Below are positions 46,201 through 56,994 of a stretch of DNA of 64,000 nt, one piece after another. The notes under the pieces are model-generated. The model was not told the origin of the DNA and did no database searches. It saw nothing but the letters and a program-made list of their open reading frames with translations. How positions within the stretch are numbered: the stretch's first letter is position 1; every line of letters begins with the position of its first letter. The position numbers and the translations under genes are program-made. The stretch comes from a virus (taxonomy: Duplodnaviria > Caudoviricetes), in IMG/VR virus record IMGVR_UViG_3300037067_016568, positions 64,001 to 128,000 of that record. One strand, 5' to 3'.

Positions 46201-49198
46201 CATCGTCTTCATCTTCATCTTCTGATACCGGCTGGTACCTGATTGTTATTGATTTGATCGCTTCAAAATAATCATCATCTTCTGCTGTCCCATCATAACC
46301 GCATTTCTTGGCCTCTACCAAGAATTGTTCTATTGTCAAACCATCAAAGTTGATGTTTCTTTCAATGAGATAACCTGCAGCGTTGTCAATCCACCGTGGC
46401 CACAGATCCGGAACTTTTAAATCTTCTTTATAGCCTTCCCACAAAACATCGTCTTCATCGACATAATCATCGAGGAATTTAACATGCTGCTCTTCATACC
46501 ATGCCACTTTTTTAGCATTTGTAATTGCTTGTTCAATAGCGTGGATTGGCCTACTGTAACGCCGCTGTTTTTTCTCGACAGCCTTTGCCCGATCTTCCTC
46601 TGTGATAGCTGCTGCGATATTGTTTTCAAATGTGACAATCGCTTTATATGTCACCCATGGTGGGTTTTTCATATCGATACAAACACCGCTATATCCTGCA
46701 ATCCGGAATTTGAATTCATCACCTTTTTTCTTCCATATTATAGAGATCCTGGCATACTCAGGACTGTGAGTATCACCAGTCATAAACCATTTAGATGCTG
46801 CCCCATGATATAACAAATAATACAAATAAATGCGTTCTTTGCTATCACTAACAACAGCAAGTGGTTGCAACCACTTTCTATATCCTTTCTTATGCCGCCA
46901 ATCAAGGAAAATAGACTTATCGGCATCGGGCTTCTTGGTACGCTCCATCTCAAGCTTGGCAAGAATAAACTCCGCCGCTTGTTTTCGTTCAGCATCGGTT
47001 AGATGCTCTTGCGGTCTAGCACCAATATTCCATTCATTCCACCGATTATGTGCACACACAAGTTGCCAGCTTTGATGCCTAATGTCAACAACAGTCCAAT
47101 CCTTAGACGAAATAAGCCGAACAAAGACACCACAATCAAAATGGATAATGTTCTGGCCATCGGTTGTGGCTAACACAGAACTAAGACTGGCATCAGCATA
47201 TAGACGCCATACCTCTTCCCTGACATAGATGTTTTCATCGTTCTCGAACCGCAACACAGTATAACTGCGATCTGGGCGGTAGAAAATCGCAAGAGTCTTC
47301 TCGTCGCCAAGCTTCTCAGCAGCGTGATTGTGAGCATCAGCCAAATTATCATCATATAAGGTTCGTCGACGACCATATTCAGAAACAATCATGCGCAAAG
47401 CTTTAGCATCATCAGATGTCAATGCTCTATGTTCTCGTACTTTGAATTTCCACCAATGTATCAAAGCATCAATGCTGCGTTCAGCAGATGCAATCGATGT
47501 ATTGTGTGCTTTCGCGATTTCGCCAATTAGTAGCTGCCTGAATGGTGCCTCTTCTTCTAACTCTTTCTGTTTAATCTTTAGTGCCGCTTTCAATAGCGGG
47601 ACCATATGTATGTAGTTGTGCCTGTTTGTGCGAGAATAGAGATAGTAGTTAATGTCAGATATTGTCACATTATCAATATTGATAATAAAATCATCTCTCT
47701 TATAGACAGTATAGCTGACACGAATCCTGCTCCTCTCGCCCCATCCTCTATCATTCTCATAATAGAACTTGAATCCTTCATTCGGTACCTTCTTTTCAAG
47801 AACATGTAGCTGATAACTGTTCGGACGCAAAGCATATTTATTGCCTTGACGTTTGCCGAGTTCTTGATAATGAAAATGATAACTATCAAATTCGCCAGCA
47901 ATCCGACATCCAACTTCAAGCGCACCATTCACACTGTCGAGCCACTTATCAAAACCTGGACGTCCAGTACCCAGCAAGTTCTCAGCATCATATCTCAATA
48001 TGACGTGTTGTTGCCCTTCAATAGCACATACATTAATTGGTTCATCCGGCAAAGGGTGAAAAACCTTAGTGCGATCGACAATACCTTGGATCAATATCAA
48101 TGCTGCATAAAACCGCCGTTTTTTGGACTCTGCTTTGTCCATGGCTTGCATGTATTTAGACGAGCCGGGCGTCAGAGGTTCTCTAATTGTCTCATGTGTC
48201 CTCCAATCCGTGCGAGACTCATAAAAGAAATGCTCAAACTCGTCTTTTCGCGGCAGAAAAACATCTTCAACCCATAGCGTTGTGAAGACACGATATAAGT
48301 TGTCACCGTTACGAATTAGAATGTATAGGCACTTATTCCGCCTATTCAATTCAGAATTGACGAATGGATTGTCGTCATAATGCTTCGGATTGCGCCGTGG
48401 CTTTAACGCGACAATGCCCCTGCGTTCAGGAAGAACTTGTTGCAAATGAGCAGGGTCACATATCCATTTATCGAAGCTCTCTATGTTCTCAAAATCAATG
48501 CCGCCGCACTTGGCATTATCACTAGCAACAGCACTCTCTTCATCCATATAGAGAACTTGTTGCCTGACGACGATTTTTTCATCCTGTGGAGCAGGCTCGC
48601 CTCTCTGAATTCGAATAATCTCTTCATCTTGGCCGAGATAGGCGTTAATAATATAGATCGCCTCTTGTGCCAATTCGATCTGTTTGGTGAGAGCCGCCGA
48701 TTTGGCATGTAATATGAGTTGCTGCTCTTTAATAAGTGATGCTAATGCAGCTTGACGTTTCGCGATCTGATTCTTGGTCACGGCGAATGCGGTTTTGACC
48801 TTTTTCAGATTCTTAGCAGCGACAACAGGATTCGCACGGCTTACGACAGACGCAAATTCCGTCGCCGAAGATTGCTTTACAGGTTGAGTTTCGTCGTTTA
48901 GCAGCTTCGGTGTAGTGGCCGATTCGATGAGATTGTCTTGTCTGTCTCCGATGTTATGGAGATCATTTAAAAGGGCATTTAATTCGCCTTGCCGCTCTTC
49001 GACGCCATCAGGAGCTAGGTCGAAAGAACTCGTAAATACTCCCAATGGCAGCGTCCAAGTCGATTCCCCTTGAATCAACGTCACCTCGTCTCCAACGATA
49101 TCAGACAAATACCATAACGACCCTACCTCCATTTCGCTGAGAGATTCATCATCCGGGTCGTCAATATGCTCAACCAGTCTATAATATCCTTGTTCCAT
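46190..49198 (-). CDS. large hypothetical protein (1002 aa) with N-terminal coiled coil
   Basis: Long uninterrupted ORF; no family recognised. Confidence 0.7.
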   Translation of the reverse strand: MEQGYYRLVEHIDDPDDESLSEMEVGSLWYLSDIVGDEVTLIQGESTWTLPLGVFTSSFDLAPDGVEERQGELNALLNDLHNIGDRQDNLIESATTPKLLNDETQPVKQSSATEFASVVSRANPVVAAKNLKKVKTAFAVTKNQIAKRQAALASLIKEQQLILHAKSAALTKQIELAQEAIYIINAYLGQDEEIIRIQRGEPAPQDEKIVVRQQVLYMDEESAVASDNAKCGGIDFENIESFDKWICDPAHLQQVLPERRGIVALKPRRNPKHYDDNPFVNSELNRRNKCLYILIRNGDNLYRVFTTLWVEDVFLPRKDEFEHFFYESRTDWRTHETIREPLTPGSSKYMQAMDKAESKKRRFYAALILIQGIVDRTKVFHPLPDEPINVCAIEGQQHVILRYDAENLLGTGRPGFDKWLDSVNGALEVGCRIAGEFDSYHFHYQELGKRQGNKYALRPNSYQLHVLEKKVPNEGFKFYYENDRGWGERSRIRVSYTVYKRDDFIINIDNVTISDINYYLYSRTNRHNYIHMVPLLKAALKIKQKELEEEAPFRQLLIGEIAKAHNTSIASAERSIDALIHWWKFKVREHRALTSDDAKALRMIVSEYGRRRTLYDDNLADAHNHAAEKLGDEKTLAIFYRPDRSYTVLRFENDENIYVREEVWRLYADASLSSVLATTDGQNIIHFDCGVFVRLISSKDWTVVDIRHQSWQLVCAHNRWNEWNIGARPQEHLTDAERKQAAEFILAKLEMERTKKPDADKSIFLDWRHKKGYRKWLQPLAVVSDSKERIYLYYLLYHGAASKWFMTGDTHSPEYARISIIWKKKGDEFKFRIAGYSGVCIDMKNPPWVTYKAIVTFENNIAAAITEEDRAKAVEKKQRRYSRPIHAIEQAITNAKKVAWYEEQHVKFLDDYVDEDDVLWEGYKEDLKVPDLWPRWIDNAAGYLIERNINFDGLTIEQFLVEAKKCGYDGTAEDDDYFEAIKSITIRYQPVSEDEDEDDDDW

Positions 49199-49229
49199 AC
49201 CATTTTTATAGCGGGAGAGTATAAATTAT

Positions 49230-49415
49230 TTAACTACGACTGTACTTGACATCCATAGTAATCGTAGCTAACTCTGAACTGAGCGGTATGTCGTCAAAAT
49301 GCATAGCCACAGGATAAATATTCACGAAACGCAGCACTTCACCATTCTCAAGTATGGCTATGTAATCTCTGGTGCCATCTTCCTGCTCTTCAAACCAGCC
49401 ATCTCTGATTGTCAA
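49230..49415 (-). CDS. small hypothetical protein (TTG start)
   Basis: GGAGGAG SD precedes TTG at 49415, which overlaps the upstream TGA. Confidence 0.5.
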   Translation of the reverse strand: MTIRDGWFEEQEDGTRDYIAILENGEVLRFVNIYPVAMHFDDIPLSSELATITMDVKYSRS

Positions 49416-49948
49416 GGTAACTCCTCCGCTATGTCTCCAGGGCCTAGATCTGGCTCTTCTGCAGAGAATTGCTCTACCTTCATATCCCTGGCTGTATAGT
49501 TGCTCCTCTCTCGAAACTGTCTCCGAGCGTCTTCCGAGCTCGTCGCTTGCAGCCAGTAGCCGATGCGGCTTTCGAGACCATCTGGCATCGTAATCGTTCC
49601 CCGGACTTTGTAGAAGCCCGCGTCGTATCTGTTTTCGATATCTGCCGCCTTTTGACCGTGGGCGTTCAGATGCCAAGCAATAATATTCTGAAAATTTAAT
49701 CCATAATCCTTCTTTGGCGGCTCAACGCGCAGGCCCTCAACATCAGCTAGAAAATCTCCGTACGGATACTCCAATAATCCATCTATCTCAGAAGGTCCGA
49801 AATCGTATTTGGCAAGGCTGATACAATTAACAATATCATCACTATTTGGGTTCTCCTCATCGAACGTCACCCAAATCTTCATTTTACCATCGCCGATGTC
49901 AATTTCGTAAGTGCGTAATTCATTTGGACCAGCAATCTTGATATGCAT
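49412..49948 (-). CDS. hypothetical protein
   Basis: 178-aa ORF. Confidence 0.55.
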   Translation of the reverse strand: MHIKIAGPNELRTYEIDIGDGKMKIWVTFDEENPNSDDIVNCISLAKYDFGPSEIDGLLEYPYGDFLADVEGLRVEPPKKDYGLNFQNIIAWHLNAHGQKAADIENRYDAGFYKVRGTITMPDGLESRIGYWLQATSSEDARRQFRERSNYTARDMKVEQFSAEEPDLGPGDIAEELP

Positions 49949-50045
49949 ATTATAATCATCAGCAACTTGCTTGATAAGACTCGCCAGCCTTACTATTTTT
50001 CTTCGATTCTGACATATTATTCTCCTTCATTATCTTCGAATAGCA

Positions 50046-51221
50046 CTATTTCATCATTGGCTTCGGCTTCATCTTTAAATAACGTCGCATTTCGTCAGCA
50101 ATCTTTACAGACTCCCTATAATACGTCACGCGACTTTTTAATTCGAAGATATGTCCGCAACCACATTTATGCATCAATTCAACAAGTCGGCTGTCCGACT
50201 GTAGGTCTGAATTCAAAAATGCATCTAAATTGTCCAACCCAAGGTACTGCTTGTCAAGCCGACCTACCCTCAATCGACTTTGAAATTTATCGCCCTCAGG
50301 CGTACCATCCATTGTAAGAAATAGGAAAGTAGTAATGCAAATGGCATTATTCACGACCTGACATACAAAATATCCAATTTTACAGCCACTAAAGTAACAT
50401 TCAAGTAAAAACCTACCATTGGTTTCATCTCTTCCATGGCTATTAATTATCGCCTTATTAACTGATTGCCATATGCACCTATATGCCGCACTTTCAGGGT
50501 AGAATGTGACGCCGATACGTTCAATCATGCGTTCTATAGCATGAATTTGCACATAGATTGGCAATTCCATATCCACACCGATTGGCTTTATATTTAATTT
50601 AAGCCATTTAGGAGCAATACCACTTGGATTAGCAATTGCGTATCCAACTCTACTGATGCCGCCGATATTGAACATTTTCGATTTACAATATCTCGATATT
50701 TCAACCACAAAGCGGTTATGGCTGGATTTGAAATGGAAACAGTAGAAGCAGTTGACAGAACTTGACTTGATTAAATAGTGATGTACAGCCTCGACCGTAC
50801 TATTGTAAATTTCGTCGATTTTTTCGTGGCAATATTCTTCTGCTTCTATTATACCACGAAAACTTGCCTTTTCATTCGGCGTCATATATTTTGACGCCTT
50901 AACTGCATTCTTGATTTCTCGCAAGAGAGGATATAATATAGACCAAAACAATTGTGCTGGACGTTCATAGTCTGCGATTTTAACTGTCGCTTCATCGATG
51001 TGTTTTTGAGCACATCGAATCATGGCGTCACTGACGCCACCGACGCCCGGAATCACTTTGATTGGACGCAAAGGAACTCTGTTAATAGTATTAACATTAC
51101 GGTTTAGGAACTTCCTAACCGTCGAGTTCATAGCTGATATATTGTCGAGAAATATCTCTAAAACGACTTTAGGGACGTATGGCTTACGTCGATCGTATTT
51201 GTGTTTGTGCTTTGGTTTCAT
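50046..51221 (-). CDS. hypothetical protein
   Basis: 391 aa; HAIERMIER motif. Confidence 0.6.
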   Translation of the reverse strand: MKPKHKHKYDRRKPYVPKVVLEIFLDNISAMNSTVRKFLNRNVNTINRVPLRPIKVIPGVGGVSDAMIRCAQKHIDEATVKIADYERPAQLFWSILYPLLREIKNAVKASKYMTPNEKASFRGIIEAEEYCHEKIDEIYNSTVEAVHHYLIKSSSVNCFYCFHFKSSHNRFVVEISRYCKSKMFNIGGISRVGYAIANPSGIAPKWLKLNIKPIGVDMELPIYVQIHAIERMIERIGVTFYPESAAYRCIWQSVNKAIINSHGRDETNGRFLLECYFSGCKIGYFVCQVVNNAICITTFLFLTMDGTPEGDKFQSRLRVGRLDKQYLGLDNLDAFLNSDLQSDSRLVELMHKCGCGHIFELKSRVTYYRESVKIADEMRRYLKMKPKPMMK

Positions 51222-51729
51222 GTAGGTATCTGTAAGCCCGGTCTCTCTTCTTCAATATGTCGACTTTATCATTAAGACGCTGGATAGCTGAAATGTGGTG
51301 TTCTATTTTCCGTTTCCTTCTCGCACATACCTCTTGTAAATGGGCTAATTCAGACGCCTGCCTCTTGAGCATTTTCTTTGCTAGTTTATATCCTGCTTGT
51401 AATTCTTCATATTCTCGTTTTAATTTATTATATTCTTTTTTTAACGACGCTTCTTCTTGGTAATCAGCCAAAAAACCGTCAACAAACTGCACGACGTCCA
51501 TTAAGCATTTTGCCAATGAAACAAATCGATTATTACTCCTGACACTTAATGCTACAGTGTTAGATGTTGAACGATCTTCGCGAAAATCATCAATGACTTT
51601 TCTATCTTGTTTAAGCTGCTTGCGTTGACCGGCAAGCAGCTGTGCCAATTGCGTGTGTAGGTTCTGCTTCGGCGTCATGTTTGGAGCCAGCTGTTTTTGT
51701 GACTTTATACATATATACAAGTTCCCCAC
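51184..51729 (-). CDS. coiled-coil protein
   Basis: Heptad-rich C-terminal half; start uncertain. Confidence 0.55.
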   Translation of the reverse strand: MGNLYICIKSQKQLAPNMTPKQNLHTQLAQLLAGQRKQLKQDRKVIDDFREDRSTSNTVALSVRSNNRFVSLAKCLMDVVQFVDGFLADYQEEASLKKEYNKLKREYEELQAGYKLAKKMLKRQASELAHLQEVCARRKRKIEHHISAIQRLNDKVDILKKRDRAYRYLHETKAQTQIRST

Positions 51730-51749
51730 TATGAAGTGATGATATGTTA

Positions 51750-52526
51750 TTATGCCGCAGCCTTAATATCGTGAAAGATTCGCGACAGCGACCTAGTATC
51801 CAACTGCTTAACAGCAGTTGCCCTTCTAAGCGGCGCTGCAAATACGTTGGCCGAGGCTCGAAAATGATTCTCGTCATGCAAAATCATCACATAACGAGTA
51901 ATTAGATGGTCGGTCGGTGTAAAGTTACCATCAAGTACAACACATAATTTCTCAATGGGCTTTCCATTGAGATAAACAACTGTCATACCGTGGCCCGGAT
52001 AAATTTGATAGACTTTACCAGAACGAGCTTGGACTGATATGAAGCCATTTCGCAGAAATCGCTGGAAGCCGTCATCTCCAAGCATTCTGCGTAGCGTCTG
52101 ACGAGCACGAATTTCACGCTCCTCGGCAGCAGCCCTGACAGGAGTACGTGACGTAATAATAAGTGGTGCCTGACGAGATTGCAAAATTTGTCGAAACCTC
52201 TGGCTTGGAGAAATCGGAGCAGCACGTACCACAGACCAGTCATAACAGCTACTGGGCCAGGTGTAATTTGCCTTGGCGATATATTTGCCGATACTTCCAG
52301 TACCATCTTCATCTGACCAGAAATCACAATAGTTACAAAGAGTTGCTGTGTGAGTACGCTTCTCTTTGATGCGACACATACTGGCATTAGATGAAATATC
52401 CATCCATTTAATATAGATCCCATTGTCTGTCGTACAATCGGTCGGATAGATAATCGAAGCTGATGCTGTCGGTATGCATGGTGTATATGCCGTCGTGCCT
52501 GCGTCGTCGTAGTTATTAAAAATCAT
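51750..52526 (-). CDS. conserved hypothetical protein
   Basis: RARQTLRRML..GFISV..SGKVYQI..LCVV..DENHF. Confidence 0.6.
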   Translation of the reverse strand: MIFNNYDDAGTTAYTPCIPTASASIIYPTDCTTDNGIYIKWMDISSNASMCRIKEKRTHTATLCNYCDFWSDEDGTGSIGKYIAKANYTWPSSCYDWSVVRAAPISPSQRFRQILQSRQAPLIITSRTPVRAAAEEREIRARQTLRRMLGDDGFQRFLRNGFISVQARSGKVYQIYPGHGMTVVYLNGKPIEKLCVVLDGNFTPTDHLITRYVMILHDENHFRASANVFAAPLRRATAVKQLDTRSLSRIFHDIKAAA

Positions 52527-52528
52527 TT

Positions 52529-52864
52529 CTAACCCTTCTTAGCTAGTTTGAGCGGTAAGAAAAGAACTTGCTCTGCCATTGGATCAAATTCGTCCATCTT
52601 ATCTGGCATAGCCTTGCCACCGACACCGACACGATATGGCGTTAACTCCTTCTTAAGGATGTCAAACATTTCCTTGGCTGCCTGAATCTCTGCTAAACTA
52701 TCAGAGTTCCAGACAACACGTTTATCACCGTCACGTTGATTCATGACATGAAACATACCGTGCTTAGGCGGTGGTACAACACCATCTAATACACGCAAAA
52801 GCGGTGAGACAGGGACACGAATTGATGGGCCACCGTCTATAATAGGAACTTCAACGAAATTCAT
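52529..52864 (-). CDS. hypothetical protein
   Basis: GDKRVVWN..EIQAAKEMF..FDPMAE; ATGA overlap with the upstream gene. Confidence 0.6.
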   Translation of the reverse strand: MNFVEVPIIDGGPSIRVPVSPLLRVLDGVVPPPKHGMFHVMNQRDGDKRVVWNSDSLAEIQAAKEMFDILKKELTPYRVGVGGKAMPDKMDEFDPMAEQVLFLPLKLAKKG

Positions 52865-53259
52865 TTCGCCCTCCCAAGAAATCGATCTGTCCACGACTCG
52901 CGCAAAATAGTTTGCGCAGTCTCCCAAGGTTCGGCTATAAAATCTCTATTGCTCTTAATGACGACACCATCACGCTCACTCCGAAGATCTTGCTTTTTGA
53001 CTATGCTCTGCATGCATTTGGTTCTGGGTTTTTCAGACCAAGCAGCAATAGTTGGGCATAGTTCTTCCTTTGAATTGCCGTTAAATCGGCCATCTTCAAC
53101 GATTTGCCCATTCTTGACGCACCGCTGATGCTGATGCTGGCATTTTGGGCAAACCACAGTGACTCGGTGATTCAAAGAAATGTCGAGTTTGACTAGGATA
53201 AATCCACCACATCCACCGCCACTTTTTGTGCAATGGATCTCTTGCCATATACTGGACAT
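52861..53259 (-). CDS. Zn-ribbon protein
   Basis: CTKSGGGC...CPKCQHQH. Confidence 0.6.
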   Translation of the reverse strand: MSSIWQEIHCTKSGGGCGGFILVKLDISLNHRVTVVCPKCQHQHQRCVKNGQIVEDGRFNGNSKEELCPTIAAWSEKPRTKCMQSIVKKQDLRSERDGVVIKSNRDFIAEPWETAQTILRESWTDRFLGRAK

Positions 53260-53260
53260 A

Positions 53261-53605
53261 TCACTTCCTTGCGGTAGTAAATTCATGCAGAGATTTAAAG
53301 GTATCACCGACATTGACTTCGTGAACCCTTATTTTGGCGTCGAACGACCATAAATTGATATCGACTACAACATTCACGCAAGTCATGCGTTTGGTATCGA
53401 CATAATTGAAGGTCCCTCCTCGATCCATGAGCTTCAACCAAGCTTGAACCCAGATACCGCATGGCACTGCGGCCTTTAGGTTCACCGAATCAGCGTGAAA
53501 ATGAACTTCGCCATTCTTCTCGTGAACGCGAATATCATCGACTTTGGTCTTGTCGCCTTTGACGAGATCAGATGCATTCACCACGGTCTCACGTTCGCCG
53601 CCCAT
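53261..53605 (-). CDS. hypothetical protein
   Basis: AGGAGG SD. Confidence 0.6.
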   Translation of the reverse strand: MGGERETVVNASDLVKGDKTKVDDIRVHEKNGEVHFHADSVNLKAAVPCGIWVQAWLKLMDRGGTFNYVDTKRMTCVNVVVDINLWSFDAKIRVHEVNVGDTFKSLHEFTTARK

Positions 53606-53692
53606 AGCAACCTCCTATAGTTAGTGATATAGATGCTACAAATAAATGACATGTAGCAATTCTATTATATCATACCTTCCTCAAGACGTCAA

Positions 53693-54484
53693 CTACCAAT
53701 CTCCACCCGCTCCACCCCCGCCGAAATCGCCCCCACCGCCGCCGTAGCTGCTGGTTCCGCTATCACTACTACCGCTGCCCAAACTGCCGAGAATTGATCC
53801 GATAACTGCACCATCACCATCCACTCCACCAGATTTCAACAACACGACAATAATAATGAGAATAACAATGATGATAATTACGATTCCAAGCCAAGTGGTC
53901 CAGAAGCTCGTTTCAGCAGGTGGTTCTGGAATCGCTGCTACTCCTCCACCGCCTATCTGTACGTTGATGGCATTGACTGCTCCTACGATACCAGCGAAAT
54001 AATCACCAGCCTTGAATTTCGGTTTCACAACATGTGCTAAGATACGACGGCATGATGCGTCAGTTAAATCTCCCTCCAGCCCACGACCAACTGTAATCCA
54101 AGTCTTGTGTTCTTCTACAGCGATGACAAACAAAACGCCGTTGTCCTTGTCCTTCTGTCCGAGCTTCCAGCTTATAGCTGTTTCAAGTGCGAATTTCCCA
54201 ATTTCTTTACCGTCCAGTTGTGGTACAATTAGAACCACAATTTGATTGCCGGTTTTTTCCTGGATTGCTAACAAATTCTGACTGACGGTTTCAATCTGAG
54301 CATCAGTCAGTAATTTAGCGTCGTCATTGACCGGGCCACGAAGCTGTGGTGCTGTTTCATTAGCATGTGCGGCCCGATATGCTTTCCGAATAGCCGGTAT
54401 CAAAATCGCCGTCAAAATACCTATAATAAATATGACAACTAACAACTCTATAAGTGTAAAACCACCCCTATCGCGTATCTTCAT
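53693..54484 (-). CDS. TPM (YgcG-like) domain protein with prepilin-type N-terminal cleavage/methylation motif
   Basis: RGGFTLIELLVVIFIIGIL; VNDDAKLL..WKLGQKDKDNGVL..VGRGLEGDLTD; TM helix; GGGGDFGGGGAGGDW tail. Confidence 0.88.
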   Translation of the reverse strand: MKIRDRGGFTLIELLVVIFIIGILTAILIPAIRKAYRAAHANETAPQLRGPVNDDAKLLTDAQIETVSQNLLAIQEKTGNQIVVLIVPQLDGKEIGKFALETAISWKLGQKDKDNGVLFVIAVEEHKTWITVGRGLEGDLTDASCRRILAHVVKPKFKAGDYFAGIVGAVNAINVQIGGGGVAAIPEPPAETSFWTTWLGIVIIIIVILIIIVVLLKSGGVDGDGAVIGSILGSLGSGSSDSGTSSYGGGGGDFGGGGAGGDW

Positions 54485-54556
54485 ATCTTTTATCCTTATG
54501 ATTCAGTGCGCTCGTTAGCAGGCTAAAAGCGCTCTCGACATATAGATATGTTCATC

Positions 54557-55159
54557 CTAGAATTCAACCTTCGGCGTTGTTTTATCGGTTTCTGAGACCT
54601 CTAAACGTTCAGCTTTCTTAAAGTTATGAAAGCTGGCGACCAATTGACTAAAAAAGCCGCCGCAAAGAGTATTGTAATCCTTCACTGCCTTGTTATATCG
54701 TTGTCTAGCCTCATTGATACGGTTTTCCGTCCCTTCAAGCTGCGATTGCAAGTCCTTAAAATTTTCATTTGCCTTTAGATCAGGATATTTTTCTTGAACT
54801 AGCAAAAGCCGCGATATAGCCGACGAAAGCTCGCCCTGTGCTTCGGCGAATTTTCTCATTTGCTCCGGGTCTGTCGCAGCGGCATTGATATTCACTTGAC
54901 CTACCTTGGCTCTCGCCTCGGTCACAGCAGTGAATGTTCCTTTTTCATGCTCTGCATATCCTTTGACCACAGCAACGAGATTAGGAATAAGATCGGCTCG
55001 TCTCTTGACAGTAGCACCGACATTATCAGCCTTTTCGTAGACCGTATTGATACCGTTGTTCAAGTCATTGTATGTGCTTCTCCATGAGAGTACCACAATG
55101 AGAGCGACCACAACAAACACAGCAGAAAGGCCAAGTAACACATTCGAGCAACTTTTCAT
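54557..55159 (-). CDS. lemA: LemA family protein
   Basis: N-terminal TM, RRADLIPNLV..VKGYAEHE, YPDLKANENF..LEGTENRI..R.RYN. Confidence 0.95.
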   Translation of the reverse strand: MKSCSNVLLGLSAVFVVVALIVVLSWRSTYNDLNNGINTVYEKADNVGATVKRRADLIPNLVAVVKGYAEHEKGTFTAVTEARAKVGQVNINAAATDPEQMRKFAEAQGELSSAISRLLLVQEKYPDLKANENFKDLQSQLEGTENRINEARQRYNKAVKDYNTLCGGFFSQLVASFHNFKKAERLEVSETDKTTPKVEF

Positions 55160-55187
55160 GATAATCTCCTGTTAAATGGTTGAAATA

Positions 55188-56090
55188 CTACTTCTTAGTT
55201 CTCCAACGCTTCACATCGCCGTGTTGAATGCACTTTATATGTAGCCCTTCAACACATAAAATCCAATTATTGTATCGGCAGTATCTTGCAGTCGAACTAC
55301 TATATTCCATTTCAGCACCACCACGTGGTGCTTCCACTTCGCTACCCTTCGCCAAATACCTACGAAGACGTGCTCTGATAGCATTATCGTCGTTATAAAT
55401 CTTGTCTTTCCGCCCCAGATGTTGGCGCATTTGTTGCACAGCCAGTGGAGATACACGAATCGGATTCGGTTTTCTCCTTCTCCGCTGTGATTTCTGTGGA
55501 AGAGGTTCAACAGGCTCCAATAAAGGTTCGTCTGCCGTTTCAGCCAAAATTTGGGCAACCAACGATTGATCTATTTCAGGTGGTGGTTGCACATCAACAG
55601 GCGATGGTCGAGGGCAATTATTACGACATTCAATAGGTTCTGAATCCGTAATTTGATTCGGCTGCAATGCCACTTCTATAGGCATATATCGCAGCCTGTG
55701 ATACATTGTATTCAAAGAATATCCACACTTCTCAGCCCATTCTTTGACCGTTAACGACTTGCCATCATATTCGTATGGCCGTCGCTGGCGTCTTTCTTGA
55801 GACAGTGCAACACTTATCGGCTGATTTTTCAACCGCCAGCAGAGAGCCCTAACCGTATATCCTAACTCCTTCGCCCACTCCTCTATTGTGAGAGACTTTC
55901 CGTGACATGCATACTTAGCATCATTCGGAAGAGAAGCACTCTTTTTCTGCTTAATTTCAGGAGCAAGTATCTTAGCAGGATCGGTAATCCCACTGTTCAT
56001 TCTCCTGTAAATCGTCGAAGTAGAAATGCCGATCTCTGCTGACCATTCAGGTATAGTCTGAACCTTGCCTTTGTGCGCTAAAACTAGCAT
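55188..56090 (-). CDS. protein with three tandem small HTH DNA-binding repeats
   Basis: TIPEWSAEIGISTSTIYRR, LTIEEWAKELGYTVRALCWRL, LTVKEWAEKCGYSLNTMYHRL. Confidence 0.65.
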   Translation of the reverse strand: MLVLAHKGKVQTIPEWSAEIGISTSTIYRRMNSGITDPAKILAPEIKQKKSASLPNDAKYACHGKSLTIEEWAKELGYTVRALCWRLKNQPISVALSQERRQRRPYEYDGKSLTVKEWAEKCGYSLNTMYHRLRYMPIEVALQPNQITDSEPIECRNNCPRPSPVDVQPPPEIDQSLVAQILAETADEPLLEPVEPLPQKSQRRRRKPNPIRVSPLAVQQMRQHLGRKDKIYNDDNAIRARLRRYLAKGSEVEAPRGGAEMEYSSSTARYCRYNNWILCVEGLHIKCIQHGDVKRWRTKK

Positions 56091-56100
56091 AATCGAACCA

Positions 56101-56994
56101 TTAGTGTGGATGTTTTACTGCTACCCCCATTAATTCTGGTAATGCACCAACATCTACGGGCTTAAATAAATCTGGATCATAGGTCAGAAGCAGCCGCTCC
56201 GGTGGCGGTTCGATCTGTCTGGCTTCCTTTTTAACCTTACGTGCCCTTCGTTTCTTTGGTTTCGACTCTTTTGGCTTCGGTGGCTTCGGTGGCTTCGGTG
56301 GCTTCCGTTTTTTACGCTTTAACTTGACTGTTGAATGGTAAACTATAGTACCACCATCATCAGGCTCTTCCAATACTTGTTGTACTATCTCCCGTGGTCT
56401 CTTTGGCTCTTCTGGTTCCTCAGCTTCTATAGGCATGAAACGTGGTCTAGTGGGTCTAGACATTATTTCTTTTCTGATTGCTAGCTGTATCTCCTCCTCG
56501 TCTGCAAATTTCCTCGCGCCCTTTAAATCTTCAATTTCATTATGGATTTTTTGACATTTCGCACATAATTCATCATCTATACATTTGGGGTCATCTATAG
56601 GCGACCCACAATTCCAGCAATGAATAGGACATGCTCCGCATCGGCCATGATCTGGTTTTGGAGAAGACTTGAGTCTTCCGCAATTCCAACAATACCATCC
56701 AGTAAATCGAACCTCACGATCATCTGACTGTAATGGACCGCGATATTCAACAAGTTCACGTACTCTTAGCTGGGTCAGAGCACGACGTACAAGGTGTTTG
56801 AGGCCATAATAAACGGCTAAATTAACGTCTGTCTTAGCCGGTTGTTTGCGTTTTGTGTTTTGATAATACTTCTTTGATACTGCTTCTGGTTTAACATACC
56901 TAGAAGCACGGTTGATCAACTCATATTGTGAATGCCATTCTCTGTCGGATAGGGCCTCCAACATCCATGCTTTCGTAATTGGGTTACTGCCCAT
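56101..56994 (-). CDS. wHTH-like protein with double Zn ribbon and basic tail
   Basis: CWNCG x2; KPP repeats (9-bp tandem at 56272-56305). Confidence 0.55.
   Translation of the reverse strand: MGSNPITKAWMLEALSDREWHSQYELINRASRYVKPEAVSKKYYQNTKRKQPAKTDVNLAVYYGLKHLVRRALTQLRVRELVEYRGPLQSDDREVRFTGWYCWNCGRLKSSPKPDHGRCGACPIHCWNCGSPIDDPKCIDDELCAKCQKIHNEIEDLKGARKFADEEEIQLAIRKEIMSRPTRPRFMPIEAEEPEEPKRPREIVQQVLEEPDDGGTIVYHSTVKLKRKKRKPPKPPKPPKPKESKPKKRRARKVKKEARQIEPPPERLLLTYDPDLFKPVDVGALPELMGVAVKHPH

Noticed and set aside
46190-49198. 1002-aa ORF as a possible Cas9/Cas12/Cas13 effector for the array
   Set aside because: I could not identify RuvC, HNH or paired HEPN motifs, and it lies over 10 kb away. 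An HHpred check is still reasonable.
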